60,658 nt of DNA, taken from positions 1 through 60,658 of the forward strand of contig CAZPIN010000144.1 of assembly GCA_964586735.1 (NCBI GenBank). Direction: 5' to 3'. The DNA comes from an uncultured Rhodobacterales bacterium (lineage in GTDB: Bacteria > Pseudomonadota > Alphaproteobacteria > Rhodobacterales > CAZPXZ01). Shown in pieces: positions 59,935 to 60,658 of the stretch. The stretch's first letter is position 1. Each line of letters opens with the position of its first letter. Both the position numbers and the translations under genes were made by a program. Below the pieces are notes generated by a model. It ran no database searches. It saw nothing but the letters and a program-made list of their open reading frames with translations, and was not told the DNA's origin.

Positions 59935-60658
59935 TGACGATACGCCCGGGCACCACCACCACCCGCTTGGGCTCGCGCCCGGCCAGATGTTTCCGCACCG
60001 CCTCGTCGGCCAGGGCCAGCGCGCGAATCTCGTCCTCGCCCTGGCCCTCGCGCAGGGACAGTTCGCTGCGCCGGCGGCCGTTGACCTGAATGGGCACCAC
60101 GGTCTCCTCCGCCCGCGCCAGCCGGGGGTCGTAGTCCGGCCATGACGCCTCGGCCACCAGCCCCTCGCAGCCCAGCGCCTCCCACGCCTCCTCCGCCAGA
60201 TGCGGGGTCATCGGCGCAATCAGCCGCAGCATCGCCAGTACCGCCTCGCGCCGCAAGGCGAGATCCTCCCCGGACGCCGGGCGAAAGCGGGCGATGCCCT
60301 CCGCCAGCTCGTGAATGCGGGCGATGGCGGTGTTGAAGCGAAACTTCTCGATGTCCTCGCCAACCCGCCGCACGGCGCCATGCACCAGCCGCCGCATGGC
60401 CTCGGCGCCGCCGTCCGCGCCATCCCGCGCCTCGGGCTCCTCCGTCGCGATCCGCCAGACCTTGCGCAAAAACCGCCCCGCCGCCTCCAAGCCCGCCGCG
60501 CTCCAGGCGATATCGTGGCCCGGCGGCGTGTCCGACAGCATGAACCAGCGCGCCGTGTCGGCGCCGTGCCGCTCGACGATCTGCCCCGGGTCGACCACGT
60601 TGCTGCGCGACTTCGACATCTTGGTGGCCGGGCCAATTTCCACCTCGTCGCCGCCGTC
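59921..60658 (-). CDS. leuS: Leucine--tRNA ligase (3' part; truncated by the window end)
   Basis: KMSKS, GADTARWF, FNTAIA, PMTPHLAEE, IQVNG, VPGRIVNVV. Confidence 0.97.
   Translation of the reverse strand, partial: DGGDEVEIGPATKMSKSRSNVVDPGQIVERHGADTARWFMLSDTPPGHDIAWSAAGLEAAGRFLRKVWRIATEEPEARDGADGGAEAMRRLVHGAVRRVGEDIEKFRFNTAIARIHELAEGIARFRPASGEDLALRREAVLAMLRLIAPMTPHLAEEAWEALGCEGLVAEASWPDYDPRLARAEETVVPIQVNGRRRSELSLREGQGEDEIRALALADEAVRKHLAGREPKRVVVVPGRIVNVVV

Overview
GC-rich (about two-thirds G+C by eye) alphaproteobacterial chromosome segment, probably near the replication origin. The taxonomic call rests on GTTC-N7-GTTC SOS boxes at lexA, the metK-trmB-aroA-cmk-rpsA and hemE-hemJ-rho-mnmE-mnmG-parAB-holA-lptE-leuS gene sets, and a parS cluster upstream of mnmG. 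Most of the window is intact housekeeping DNA. It is interrupted by lower-GC surface-glycan genes (GT4, three GT25s, a TupA-like ATP-grasp, ugd), a decayed IS21 element and two probable toxin/defence loci: (i) an Rpn/YhgA-like nuclease followed by tandem copies of its C-terminal cassette, and (ii) a HipA-like kinase followed by two diverged DUF3037-type genes. Other notable signals are a coiled-coil/multi-AT-hook/winged-helix protein that looks like an unusual nucleoid protein, strong over-representation of the palindrome CGAWTCG/GCGAWTCGC in core genes, five parS sites all with a TA centre instead of CG, loss of rsmG from the par operon, an AT-rich patch inside parA, and a deletion that frameshifts gltD. 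All family calls come from motif recognition by eye; no database searches were run.
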